A stretch of 64,000 bases of DNA. Origin: Bdellovibrionales bacterium. Lineage in GTDB: Bacteria; Bdellovibrionota; Bdellovibrionia; Bdellovibrionales; UBA1609. The DNA is taken from NCBI GenBank assembly GCA_041690295.1, contig JAWLHR010000010.1, positions 43,580 through 107,579 on the forward strand, read 5' to 3'. Positions 17,452-27,090 of the stretch are shown here, piece after piece; within the stretch, counting starts at the first letter, position 1; each line of letters opens with the position of its first letter. The notes under the pieces were generated by a model that was not told the origin of the DNA, did not search any database, and saw nothing but the letters and a program-made list of their open reading frames with translations. The position numbers were made by a program, and so were the translations under genes.

Positions 17452-19098
17452 CTACATCTGTTTGTAATCGGGACCGCTGCCGCCTTCGCGTGGCGTCCAG
17501 CGCGGGCCGAGCACATCCGTGGCTTTGCAGTCGATGCAGTTTGGTGCGTTCACCACGAGCTTATCGCCCTGTCTTTCATACACCCCCGCGGGGCAAACAT
17601 GGGAGTAAAATTCCGCCAACTCACCGCTGATGTCCTGGCCGACGATCAAATGCTGGGGAATATCATCGCGCGTTTTATTGCTCGAGAGATAAACCGCATC
17701 CACTTTGCTCAAGCCCACTTTTTCCGTGGGGAAATCCGGTTCAGCGAATTCTTTGGCCTCTTTCGCGTCTTCTTCGACGAATTGATCACCGCCCGGGAAA
17801 GCGCCACCGGTGAGAGTCATGAGCGCCGCTTTCACGCCGCCGGCGTAAAAACCGCTTTTAAAGGCCTGGCGCATATTGCGAACCTTTTTCAAATCACTCC
17901 ACACGAAACTCTCTTTGAGCTCCGTATCGAACGAACTCAGCATGTTTTTGCCGGTGTCTCCCGCTTTGAGAGCTTTGAAAATGGCTCGGGCGGCGAGAAT
18001 TCCCGACATCATCGCATAGTGGATGCCTTTTAAAGCGGGAACATTAACCAGTCCCACGGCGTCGCCGATCATGACCAAACCGTCGCCGACGAAGGATTTC
18101 GGTAATGAATGGATGCCGCCTTCCGGAATGGTTTTCGCGCCCCATTCGATACATTGTCCGCCTTCGAGCAAGGGAGCGAAAAACGGATGTAGCTTCATGT
18201 GTTGCAGAAGTAGGTGCACATCCAAGCGCGGATTTTTGTAATCGAGTCCCGCCACAAGGCCGATGGCCAATTGATCATCCGCCATGGGATACATGAAGCT
18301 TCCGCCGAAACAATCCTTGGGCAACGGCCAACCCAGCGTGTGCGCGATGAAGTCCGGGGCCTTTTTAACTTTCCAAATTTCCTTAACTCCCAGGGCGAAA
18401 ATCTGCGCCGATGGTCCGCGAAGATTCTGCCATTCAACGTAGGATTGCGCCAAAGGACTTCGCGTTCCATCGGAGAGCACCACCACTTGAGCCGCGATGT
18501 CCGTGGCCGGCATGGCATTCGGCCCGGGAGTTCCATCGCGCTTCAGGCCGGCCGGTGTGGTTCGAACACCCACCACACGTTGATTTTCCGTGAGTAAGGA
18601 ATCAACGGGAAAGCCGGTCATGATGTTGACGCCAAGTTCTTCAGCTTTTTGTCCCAGCCAGCGCACCACTTCACAAAGTGAAGCGATGTAAAAGCCGTGA
18701 TTTTTCATCGTCGGCGGCGTCGGCATGGGAATGGCCGAAGATTTGGTGAGATATAAAACCTTTTCGCCTTGAACGGGCCGGCGAAACGGGAAATCCGAAT
18801 CTTTCAAGTCAGGAAACAGCGCGCGTAATGATACGGGATTTATCACCGCTCCTGAAAGCGAATGGCCGCCAAGCGCCGAGGCCTTTTCCAGAACTCCGAT
18901 TTCGATCTGAAGTTGACCATCCTCTTTGACAAGCTTGGCCAACTCAATCGCGCCGGCCAAGCCGGCAGGGCCCGCGCCCACGAAAACCACATCGAAAGGA
19001 ACGACGTCGTCACCTTCGGGCTTATGTTCAATGATGAATTTTGATTTTTCCAAAGCCGGCTGAAACCGAGCCGGTATCAATTGATTCGAGCTAGGCAT
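17452..19098 (-). CDS. Electron transfer flavoprotein-ubiquinone oxidoreductase
   Basis: VGAGPAGL, SLSGAV, GAKTIPEGG, KGIHYAM, CPAGVYE..NCIDCK. Confidence 0.9.
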   Translation of the reverse strand: MPSSNQLIPARFQPALEKSKFIIEHKPEGDDVVPFDVVFVGAGPAGLAGAIELAKLVKEDGQLQIEIGVLEKASALGGHSLSGAVINPVSLRALFPDLKDSDFPFRRPVQGEKVLYLTKSSAIPMPTPPTMKNHGFYIASLCEVVRWLGQKAEELGVNIMTGFPVDSLLTENQRVVGVRTTPAGLKRDGTPGPNAMPATDIAAQVVVLSDGTRSPLAQSYVEWQNLRGPSAQIFALGVKEIWKVKKAPDFIAHTLGWPLPKDCFGGSFMYPMADDQLAIGLVAGLDYKNPRLDVHLLLQHMKLHPFFAPLLEGGQCIEWGAKTIPEGGIHSLPKSFVGDGLVMIGDAVGLVNVPALKGIHYAMMSGILAARAIFKALKAGDTGKNMLSSFDTELKESFVWSDLKKVRNMRQAFKSGFYAGGVKAALMTLTGGAFPGGDQFVEEDAKEAKEFAEPDFPTEKVGLSKVDAVYLSSNKTRDDIPQHLIVGQDISGELAEFYSHVCPAGVYERQGDKLVVNAPNCIDCKATDVLGPRWTPREGGSGPDYKQM

Positions 19099-19144
19099 GA
19101 GACACCTTAGATTGACCTCCGGCGCCGAATCAAGCGAAACTCAA

Positions 19145-19561
19145 ATGAGCGTGGCACTGTTTCAGTTCAACAACCGAACCATTCCATACAAAATCACCCT
19201 GGCGCCGTTTGGGTTTGACTTGGTTTTGCTCCAAGGTTCCCAGCATACGGCGGATTTCTGGCTGCCCGTGCTTAAAGATTTCGAAAAAGAGCCGACCGCC
19301 GGTGGACGACTACTCACCTGTGACTGGGCCAACCCGGATGTGGAGGAAACGCGCCTGGCCGGCGATTTTTTGCGCCTCATGCAAACATTGGGAATGTCGG
19401 CGGCCCGCGTTGTAGCCTTTGATGATGCTGTTGAAATGGTGGCGACGGCGCAACGTTTAGCGCCGGGACTGTTTGAGCGGACTTTGTTTTTTCCGCAGGG
19501 CGGGCCACAGGGCGATGAATTGAATCGAGCCGTGCGCCAACTTTGTGAACTGCCCCAATAG
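19145..19561 (+). CDS. Hypothetical protein, truncated/degenerate alpha/beta-hydrolase-like
   Basis: LVLLQG..TADFW..D pattern of the hydrolase N-half, with no GxSxG. Start 19145 avoids overlap with the divergent gene. Confidence 0.55.
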   Translation: MSVALFQFNNRTIPYKITLAPFGFDLVLLQGSQHTADFWLPVLKDFEKEPTAGGRLLTCDWANPDVEETRLAGDFLRLMQTLGMSAARVVAFDDAVEMVATAQRLAPGLFERTLFFPQGGPQGDELNRAVRQLCELPQ

Positions 19562-19583
19562 CGTTGTGCGCCAAGTCTATCGC

Positions 19584-20711
19584 TCAATCGAGTAGGAAAT
19601 CGGCCAAATTCACCTTCTGTCTCATCACATCGCTGTAGCCAAGATCCACCAGAGCATTGAGATATCCGGGATCAAAAGCCAAGTAGGACAAAATCTCCGC
19701 CGTTTCCTTTAAGCTTCCAAGTCCCGAAAGTAAGAATCGCAGCATATGTGGTAACCCTTCCACTTTTTCTTCCGCGATTTCCGAAAGGAGTTGGCTGGGA
19801 TGGATATGCACAATGCCGAGCGGCCGGAACTGATGATCCTTTCCGGCCAGAGATAGGTTCTCATTGATGATTCTCACGCGCTCGATATCGACTTCGATGG
19901 CGTCCATGAAAATGGCGTTGATGACCACGGACAAAACCCGGCCCAGCGTGGGTTTGATGATGGAATTGTCATCCAGTTGTTGCTCGCGAATCTTGCGCAC
20001 GCCCAAGACAACCAGTTTGGACGCGCCCACGCGGCGGGCGGGGGAAAGCGGCGCCGTGTTTCGCAAACAGCCATCGCCGTAGTGTCTGGCGCCGATCGGC
20101 CACGGGGGAAAGAAAATCGGAATACTGGCCGAGGCCATCACATGATCAAGAGTGATTTTCGACCGCACTCCCACCCGTTGCACTCTCCGCCACTCCCTCA
20201 AATGGGGCGCGCCGGTGAAAAAGGTGACGCCCAATGAAGTGGAATAATCCAAGGCGGTGATACAGAGTGAGTTCAGATTTTTGGTTTGAACATGATATTC
20301 GATCCGGTCAAAGTGGATGTGCTCCGCGAGCAAGTCGCGAAGCGGTTCGACGTTCAAAAGTCCCATCTTGCTCGGTCGCAGCCGCTCGGAAACACCACCC
20401 AGTGAAACTCCACGCAAGAGACGTAAGGCTGTTCGTCCCACCGTGATGGTGTCCATTTTAAAAACGTCCGACGATGTCAGGGTTCGCCACATCTGACACA
20501 TGTTCTGGGTGGCCCGGTCCAGGTTATCCGCCTCGGAGGCCAGGTAGGCGGCGTTGATCGCTCCCGCGCTCACGCCCACAAGGTTGCGGAAAAGATGGAA
20601 ATGACCGACCTCTTTGCAGATCTCGTAAAGCGCGCGGATGGCGCCGGCTTGATAGGCGCCTCTCGCCCCGCCGCCCGAGAGCACAAGAGCATATTCATCT
20701 TTTTTGGTCAT
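19584..20711 (-). CDS. Patatin-like phospholipase
   Basis: LSGGGARGAYQAG, GVSAG, ASASIP, DG. Confidence 0.92.
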   Translation of the reverse strand: MTKKDEYALVLSGGGARGAYQAGAIRALYEICKEVGHFHLFRNLVGVSAGAINAAYLASEADNLDRATQNMCQMWRTLTSSDVFKMDTITVGRTALRLLRGVSLGGVSERLRPSKMGLLNVEPLRDLLAEHIHFDRIEYHVQTKNLNSLCITALDYSTSLGVTFFTGAPHLREWRRVQRVGVRSKITLDHVMASASIPIFFPPWPIGARHYGDGCLRNTAPLSPARRVGASKLVVLGVRKIREQQLDDNSIIKPTLGRVLSVVINAIFMDAIEVDIERVRIINENLSLAGKDHQFRPLGIVHIHPSQLLSEIAEEKVEGLPHMLRFLLSGLGSLKETAEILSYLAFDPGYLNALVDLGYSDVMRQKVNLADFLLD

Positions 20712-20725
20712 TGTTCCATTATGTC

Positions 20726-21586
20726 TTAGAAATCCGCGATCAGTTCAACTAGTTCAGGGTGATCAATGAACGGATTTCGAACTTTTTGCTCGGCGAAGAT
20801 GGCATCGTTGCGCCGCCTCTCATTTTCATCGGCCGGATCGGCACGGTGCCAAGCCCTAAGACTGGCTTCCTCCGACGGTGAGACGGCGGCTTGATAGCGA
20901 ACGGCGAAGTAAAAAATCGCCCGGGCCACGTTTCCTTTGTGATCATCCGGCGGTTCAAAATAAACCTGGCGGTCGCCGGATTGGCTATAGCCGCGCCGCG
21001 ATTGCACGGGACATGGCGAATGGAGCGTGGTTACGACCGTGTTGAACTCGAAATTACTTCGCGCGGAGTTGGCCGCCGCCAACGCGGGAAACAGAATGTG
21101 CAAATCCGATTTCTGCATGCTTTTTGAGAATCTCGGATTAAACCGGCTTTGCGGCCATGTGTGTTCCACATTTAAGATTTTGGGATCGGGAATTTGTCCC
21201 GGACCCGGCGGGCGGCTTTCGTACTCGCTTTCCCGGGAAAGATACTGGCAGTAAACGTCCCGGATGGCGTATTCGTTTCCGACTTTTTCCAGGTGCAACT
21301 GTCCGAAAAGGATCTTGCGGGCGTCCGTGTAGGACAAGGCCGTGTGCTGATAACAGCGGGATTTGGAATGACAACTCTTCGCCAGTTGGTCGTGTTCGCC
21401 GGCTTTCACGAGATGAGCGGAATCGAGGATGGCGAAGAGCCAGCCTTTTAGGTCCTCATCTCTTTCACCACTCGCCACACTTTCATAAAAATCTTGTGGG
21501 TAATAGGTTAGTGGATTTTGGAGATTGAGGGAGTGAGCGGATAGGCCGTGAAAGAGCGTGAGGACAATGACGTAAATCAGATTCAC
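20726..21586 (-). CDS. Secreted endonuclease I family nuclease
   Basis: Signal peptide; NVEHTWPQS, DLHILFP..NSARSN, KGNVARAIFYF, RNPFIDHP. Confidence 0.9.
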   Translation of the reverse strand: MNLIYVIVLTLFHGLSAHSLNLQNPLTYYPQDFYESVASGERDEDLKGWLFAILDSAHLVKAGEHDQLAKSCHSKSRCYQHTALSYTDARKILFGQLHLEKVGNEYAIRDVYCQYLSRESEYESRPPGPGQIPDPKILNVEHTWPQSRFNPRFSKSMQKSDLHILFPALAAANSARSNFEFNTVVTTLHSPCPVQSRRGYSQSGDRQVYFEPPDDHKGNVARAIFYFAVRYQAAVSPSEEASLRAWHRADPADENERRRNDAIFAEQKVRNPFIDHPELVELIADF

Positions 21587-21671
21587 GTGACATCCTTGTG
21601 GGTGCGCCGCCCCGAAGAGCGGCGTTTATCCTCGGCTCACGTCCTGTAAGCCACCAAGTCTTAGGTCCGGA

Positions 21672-22052
21672 TTAATTACAGCTGAAACCGGCGTTGGACA
21701 GATTCGTCTTAATGCGCTCGACGAGCCCTTCGCAATGGGCGGTGCCATTCATGCTGGAGCCGACGACGTTTTCCTGTCCAAATTTCGTGTAAACGGTTTC
21801 ACAACCGCCGTCTTTCGCGCGAACTTCCATCGTGCGGGTTTCACCGCCAAGTTTACACTCGACCTTCGCGCCGGTGGATGCGCTGGCCGCGGGTTTCGCC
21901 GCTTCTTTTTTATCTTCAGCCTTGCCCGCTTTCTGGTCTGACGCCTTGGCAGCGGGTGCGGGAGCCGGAGCCGGTGCGGCGCCGTCTTTTTTCTTGGACG
22001 CGCAACCGATGGAAAGCAATGTGGCAGTACCAATGATGAGTGCGATTCGCAT
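21672..22052 (-). CDS. Small lipoprotein
   Basis: Lipobox SIGC; Ala/Pro/Lys linker; 4-Cys C-terminal domain. Confidence 0.8.
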   Translation of the reverse strand: MRIALIIGTATLLSIGCASKKKDGAAPAPAPAPAAKASDQKAGKAEDKKEAAKPAASASTGAKVECKLGGETRTMEVRAKDGGCETVYTKFGQENVVGSSMNGTAHCEGLVERIKTNLSNAGFSCN

Positions 22053-22178
22053 TTGTATCCTCCGTTATCCGGTTTTAATTGGAATTCATGAACAAGTGTA
22101 TGGGCGGGTCGCGGCTAAGTCAAAAGTTCCCTCGCTAAAAGTCGCGTGCATTTGTGTGTCCAAAATTCCGATTTATAA

Positions 22179-23789
22179 ATGATGTCTCAGGCGACTTTAA
22201 AAGTGAAATTGTTTGACGTGAACGGGACACAGGTCATTCCCATCGCCAAATCCAATCTTTCGATCGGTAGTGCGAAACATTGTGATATCGTTTTCGATCA
22301 TTCTTCGGTTCAGGGCGAACATCTTCGCGCCTGGTTCGATGCCGGCCGCATTTGGGTTCAAGACATGGGCAGTTCGAGCGGAACTTACCTGAACGGAATT
22401 CGCTTGCCAAGTTTGAAGCCGATGCTCGTAAGAGAGCTGGACATTCTAAAAATCGGTGACAATCCCGTGACCGTGGGAATGGAAGCGAATCTGGTTCGTT
22501 CTCCCGTCGTTCGCCCGAAAATGCCGATCGAAGATCAAGCGCCGGCGGCCGCCAAACCGCCGGCCAAGGATGTTCCCGATGATTCGGAAATCGAGAAGAA
22601 ACGGGATGAGCTCGCCGGACTTCGCCGTGAATTGGCGGAGTTGAGATTGCAATTGCAGATCGGCCGGTTGGATAAGGAATCCGAAGACGAAGCTCACCGC
22701 AATTTATCGAAAATCCGGAACGAGATTCTTTCCCTTCAGGATACGAAAGCGAAACTGGAACGCAACCTGAAGCAAATGGAACAACAAAGGGAAGCCAAGC
22801 TGAAAGCCGTGGAAAAAGAAATCGCGGAGCGCAAAACATCGGCGATGAATCAGCTTAAAAATTTGCTTGATCATGAAATGAGCAAATTGGCGGAGTGGAA
22901 AATGAAGGTGATGGCGGAAATCCGCCGTGAGATACATAACATCAGTCAGAGCAAGGCCCGCATCTGGGTCACTCGCCCTCTTTCCCAAGATATGATTTTG
23001 GAATGGGAAGCGGATATCCAGGCGCTGATGCGCCGGGTGCTGCTTGGTGAGTCGCCTGAACAGACCCCCAATGTGGATGCGGGCGGGCCCCCGCAGATTC
23101 CATCCACGCCACCGCTTCCCGCGGACTCCGCTGACACTCCACCGGAGGTCACGCGTTCGCACAAGTCCGTGCGGGTCCGCTCGGGGACGAACAGTCTGAC
23201 GGCGCTGACGCGAACTCCGGTTCCCCGCTTAAAGAAGAAGCTTGTCCCCCGTGATCGGGCCGAAACCCTGAAATACACGTTGGTCATCCTGGCCGCGCTC
23301 TCACTGGTGGCGGCCGCCATCTTGTTTAAGAAGGGTCTTGTTCCGGCTCAGGATCGGGAGCCGGCGGCCACGGAATCCAATGAAACCGGAGCGGCACCGA
23401 AACATAAATTTGAGCCGCAACAGAGTCGAGGCTTCAAAAAATCCTACACGGATAACTTTCTTTACACCGTTGAGTACATTGAAAAAGAATTCGATCCCCG
23501 AACCCGCGCGCTTTGGGTGGCGAAGTTCAATGCGGCCGCCAAGCAGTGGAAGCTGGATGCGAAGACCGTCAGTGCCGTGGCCGAGCGGGAGTGGGCGATG
23601 ATTCAGGATTTGTTGCGATTGAGGAACAACATCGATGGCCGATCGGAGAAGCCGGGCATCCAAGCCATGCGTGACAGGGAAGCCCTGTTTTTCGTTGAGG
23701 CCGAAAAATTGTTCAGGGCCAAATCCACGGTCGACAAGTTCAATCGACTGAAGCGCACCTTCTTCTCCTCGGTCCTCGCCAAGAATTAA
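22179..23789 (+). CDS. FHA domain / coiled-coil / single-TM protein
   Basis: IG...CDI..H...VQDMGSSSGTYLNG; long coiled coil; TM YTLVILAALSLVAAAILF. Confidence 0.8.
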   Translation: MMSQATLKVKLFDVNGTQVIPIAKSNLSIGSAKHCDIVFDHSSVQGEHLRAWFDAGRIWVQDMGSSSGTYLNGIRLPSLKPMLVRELDILKIGDNPVTVGMEANLVRSPVVRPKMPIEDQAPAAAKPPAKDVPDDSEIEKKRDELAGLRRELAELRLQLQIGRLDKESEDEAHRNLSKIRNEILSLQDTKAKLERNLKQMEQQREAKLKAVEKEIAERKTSAMNQLKNLLDHEMSKLAEWKMKVMAEIRREIHNISQSKARIWVTRPLSQDMILEWEADIQALMRRVLLGESPEQTPNVDAGGPPQIPSTPPLPADSADTPPEVTRSHKSVRVRSGTNSLTALTRTPVPRLKKKLVPRDRAETLKYTLVILAALSLVAAAILFKKGLVPAQDREPAATESNETGAAPKHKFEPQQSRGFKKSYTDNFLYTVEYIEKEFDPRTRALWVAKFNAAAKQWKLDAKTVSAVAEREWAMIQDLLRLRNNIDGRSEKPGIQAMRDREALFFVEAEKLFRAKSTVDKFNRLKRTFFSSVLAKN

Positions 23790-23864
23790 GGCGCTCCTGC
23801 GTCAATATCTTTCTCCGAGTCGCGATCTTTACATCACCCGATGGGTGTGAGATGGCTCAATCTA

Positions 23865-24890
23865 ATGAAAATTCTCGTGATTCGCTTTTCGAGCTTCGGT
23901 GATGTCCTTCAGACATTGAGCGTGGCCGGCCGTTTGGGTGAAAGTTGGCCGGAGGCGGAAATTCATTGGGTCACGCGCTCGGAATTCGAACCTCTGATTC
24001 GCACTCATCCTTCCGTCAAAAAAGTTTGGACGCTCAAGCGCGGTGCGGGTTTACGTGAGTTGCTTCAATTGTCGCGTGAACTGAAAAAAGAAAAGTTCAC
24101 CCATGTCTATGATGCTCATAACAATCTGCGAAGCCGGATTCTCGGTTGGCAATTGGGTGGGATCTTGGCTTGGCGTCGTTGGCTGGGCGGCCAACGTTTC
24201 TTAAGGCGTTCCATTTATCGCTTTCGCCGGTTTCTGCTTTTTCGTTTTCGCTACAATCTTTTTCCCAAACCGTTTTCAGGTCAGCGAGCCTTACTGGAGC
24301 CCCTGGAGAAATGGGGTGTGCCGATGACGGCGCCATCCGTTCCCCAGCTCTTTTTTTCCGAAGCCGATTTGGCGAAAACGAAAAGTAAACTTCCGCCGGA
24401 TTGGACGGACTTTGTCACGCTCGCGCCTTCAGCGGCTTTTCCGTTGAAGCGTTGGCCGCTGGAATATTGGGCGGAATTGATCCGTCTGGAAAGGGACTCC
24501 CGATTCATCATCCTTGGCGGGCCGGAGGACGGATTTCTCAATGAACTGAATCAAGTGGCGCCGGATCGGGTGTTGAACTACGCCGGAAAACTTTCACTGG
24601 AGGAAAGCGCCCATGTGGTGGCTTTATCGCGCGCTTTGGTTTCAAACGATACGGGACTGATGCATGTGGCGGAGCAGGTGGGGCGACCGTGCCTGGCGCT
24701 CATGGGCCCGGCTCCATTCGGATTTCCGTCGCGCACGTTGACACGAATTTTTGAATTGGATCTTGAATGTCGCCCTTGCAGCAAGCACGGCCAGGGGCCG
24801 TGCGTGAATCCTGAATATCATCTGTGCATGCGGGGGATTTCACCTAAGTCGGTCGCCCAGAATTTACGTCAGGTTTTGGACAATGCCTAA
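23865..24890 (+). CDS. GT9 glycosyltransferase (LPS heptosyltransferase-like)
   Basis: MKILVIRFSSFGDV, KRWP, VSNDTGLMHVA, CRPC. Confidence 0.9.
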   Translation: MKILVIRFSSFGDVLQTLSVAGRLGESWPEAEIHWVTRSEFEPLIRTHPSVKKVWTLKRGAGLRELLQLSRELKKEKFTHVYDAHNNLRSRILGWQLGGILAWRRWLGGQRFLRRSIYRFRRFLLFRFRYNLFPKPFSGQRALLEPLEKWGVPMTAPSVPQLFFSEADLAKTKSKLPPDWTDFVTLAPSAAFPLKRWPLEYWAELIRLERDSRFIILGGPEDGFLNELNQVAPDRVLNYAGKLSLEESAHVVALSRALVSNDTGLMHVAEQVGRPCLALMGPAPFGFPSRTLTRIFELDLECRPCSKHGQGPCVNPEYHLCMRGISPKSVAQNLRQVLDNA

Positions 24891-26373
24891 AAGACTACGC
24901 CGATTTTTTTATAAGTACGAATTGCGAACTCATTTCCTGTACGCCTTGGCGGCGGGGGCGGTGTTACGTTTCTTCAGCGCCATCTTCGTGTACGGTCCGC
25001 AAGCGCTGGATGATTACAAACACGGCGTTTGGCCCGCTTATCAGTTCTTCGCCGGACTTCCGATCGATCTTCCCGAATATCGTAGCCACTTGCTGGTTTG
25101 GTTCCTGGGCGTCTTCGTTCATGTCGCCTCCTGGTTCGGTTTTGAATCCGCCTTGGCGCAGGTTCGCGCCATGTACTTGGGACTTGGGCTTTCCAGCTTG
25201 CTCGCGATTTACGGCACTTATCTTTACGTCCGCAATTTTAAATCACGGATATTCGGCGCTTCCGCGCTTTATTTAATGGCGGCGTTTCCGTTGATGCCGT
25301 TCATCTCCACCCGCGCCTTCGGCGAGGCGGTGGCGATGTCACTGGTCGTTCTGGCGTTCGGTTATCTTGAAAGCGCGCGCCGGTCGGATCGCGCCAATTT
25401 TCGATACTGGTTCATTGGTTTCGCTGTTCTCGGATTGGCGACTTTGTTTCGCTTCCATGTCGGTGTTCTTTATCTTTGTTATCTCGGCCTCCTGGTTTGG
25501 CGAAAAGAATGGATGGGGGTTCGGGGCGCGCTCGCGGCGGGTGTGCTGACCACCGGTGCCGCCGCCTTGGTGGACGTCCTCAGCGGGAAGGATCCGCTTG
25601 CAACACTTTTTATTTATCTCGCCGAGAATGAAGGCGGAGGCGCGAAGTACGGCGTCAGTCCCTGGTACAATCCCTGGCTTTTTGTTCTGGGTGTGACGCT
25701 GGCTCCGTTTTCTTTTGTGCTGTGGCGGCAGACGCGCGCTCTCTGGCGTGAGCATTGGCCGATGATCGTGCCGCTTTTGGTGTTCGTAACGGCGCACTCG
25801 ATCGTGGCCCATAAGGAAGAGCGCTTCCTTTATCCGATTTTAGGTCTTGAGATCTGGGCCATCGCTTACGTTTGGAGTTCGGGCGCGTTCAACCGGTATG
25901 CGCGCCGGATTTACTCCAACGCGCTATTCGTGATCAGTCTTTTGGTTTTGCCGATCGTTTGTTTTGTCAACACGCAGGAAGGTGAGATCGAGCCACCCGC
26001 GGTTTTGGAAAGCCGCTATGGCGCGGTGGCGTTTTTGGATTATGAATCGTTGTTCGGAAAATCGCGGTTCCAGTTTTATTTCCTGCGGCCGCCGAGCGTG
26101 CTCGAGACGATCACGCCCGAGGAGTTCGTCGCGCCACGGGTGGATCAGGCGTTGAGTGATCACCCGGACGTGGAAGCGGTGGCTTTTTTGACGTCGGATC
26201 GCGAGGCGTATGATCGTCTGCGGGCGCTGGAGCGAATCTCCACATTGGATGGCCGGTGCTTGCAGGTTCAACGTTCCGGATCGATCATGGACCGATTGTT
26301 ATTCGCCATGAATCCGCGCCATAATCAAAGGCGGCGTCCGACCTGGTACTTGGTTTGCGAGCGAATGAGGTGA
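24883..26373 (+). CDS. GT-C membrane glycosyltransferase, GT22 (Alg9/PIG-B)-like mannosyltransferase
   Basis: Polytopic membrane protein; acidic DD after TM1; HKEERFLYP motif characteristic of the Alg9-like family. Confidence 0.75.
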   Translation: MPKRLRRFFYKYELRTHFLYALAAGAVLRFFSAIFVYGPQALDDYKHGVWPAYQFFAGLPIDLPEYRSHLLVWFLGVFVHVASWFGFESALAQVRAMYLGLGLSSLLAIYGTYLYVRNFKSRIFGASALYLMAAFPLMPFISTRAFGEAVAMSLVVLAFGYLESARRSDRANFRYWFIGFAVLGLATLFRFHVGVLYLCYLGLLVWRKEWMGVRGALAAGVLTTGAAALVDVLSGKDPLATLFIYLAENEGGGAKYGVSPWYNPWLFVLGVTLAPFSFVLWRQTRALWREHWPMIVPLLVFVTAHSIVAHKEERFLYPILGLEIWAIAYVWSSGAFNRYARRIYSNALFVISLLVLPIVCFVNTQEGEIEPPAVLESRYGAVAFLDYESLFGKSRFQFYFLRPPSVLETITPEEFVAPRVDQALSDHPDVEAVAFLTSDREAYDRLRALERISTLDGRCLQVQRSGSIMDRLLFAMNPRHNQRRRPTWYLVCERMR

Positions 26374-26377
26374 GGGA

Positions 26378-27001
26378 GTGGGATTCGCGCTTTACGATTT
26401 CATTTTGAAGTTGGACTATGCGGCTCTGAGGCTCATCAACGTCACTTTGGAAAACGCTTACCTCGATCAGGTCTGGCTCTTCATCACCCAGATGCACAAG
26501 TACCGGGTGATGTGGATCATTCTGGCACTATTGCTGGGCTACGCGGCCTATATATATAGGAGAAGGCTCATCCAGCCCATGCTGGCTTTAACCATCGCGG
26601 TGGCCCTCGCCGATACCATCGCTTATCGCGTGATCAAGCAGGTGGTGGATCGCCCCAGACCGTTTCAGAATGAGGAACTGCGCTGGGTGAGGAAAATCGG
26701 TCAGGCTCATGGACCCAGTTTTCCTTCGAATCACGCGGCCAATTGTTTCGCCGGTGCGATGGTTTTGGCTTGGTATTTTCCGAGTCTCACTATTCCCGTT
26801 TACATTTTGGCGGTCTTAGTGGCGTTCAGCCGTCCGGCATTGGGACTGCATTATCCGTCAGATGTTTTAGCGGGGGCGATTTTAGGAATTTTTGTCGGTT
26901 GGTTGGTCATTCGCTTCACAATGAAACGCATCCGTCGCGGGAATCGTGATGATGATTCTTGGAATTGGAGATCAAAGTCTCGACGGCTTTCTTCGAATTG
27001 A
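26378..27001 (+). CDS. PAP2 family membrane phosphatase
   Basis: K..VDRPRP, SFPSNH, SR..LGLHYPSDV. Confidence 0.9.
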   Translation: MGFALYDFILKLDYAALRLINVTLENAYLDQVWLFITQMHKYRVMWIILALLLGYAAYIYRRRLIQPMLALTIAVALADTIAYRVIKQVVDRPRPFQNEELRWVRKIGQAHGPSFPSNHAANCFAGAMVLAWYFPSLTIPVYILAVLVAFSRPALGLHYPSDVLAGAILGIFVGWLVIRFTMKRIRRGNRDDDSWNWRSKSRRLSSN

Positions 27002-27043
27002 CGAAATCTTGAACTTTTCTGAATTTTAGCCGGACGTAGGTCC

Positions 27044-27060
27044 AGGAACAACCCTTGCAT
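27044..27060 (+). promoter_or_regulatory. Putative sigma54 promoter
   Basis: AGGAACAACCCTTGCAT = GG-N10-GC with TTGCA, about 30 nt before ATG 27091. Confidence 0.55.
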
Positions 27061-27090
27061 TTCACATCAATCAAGCAAGGGGGCGAGTTT

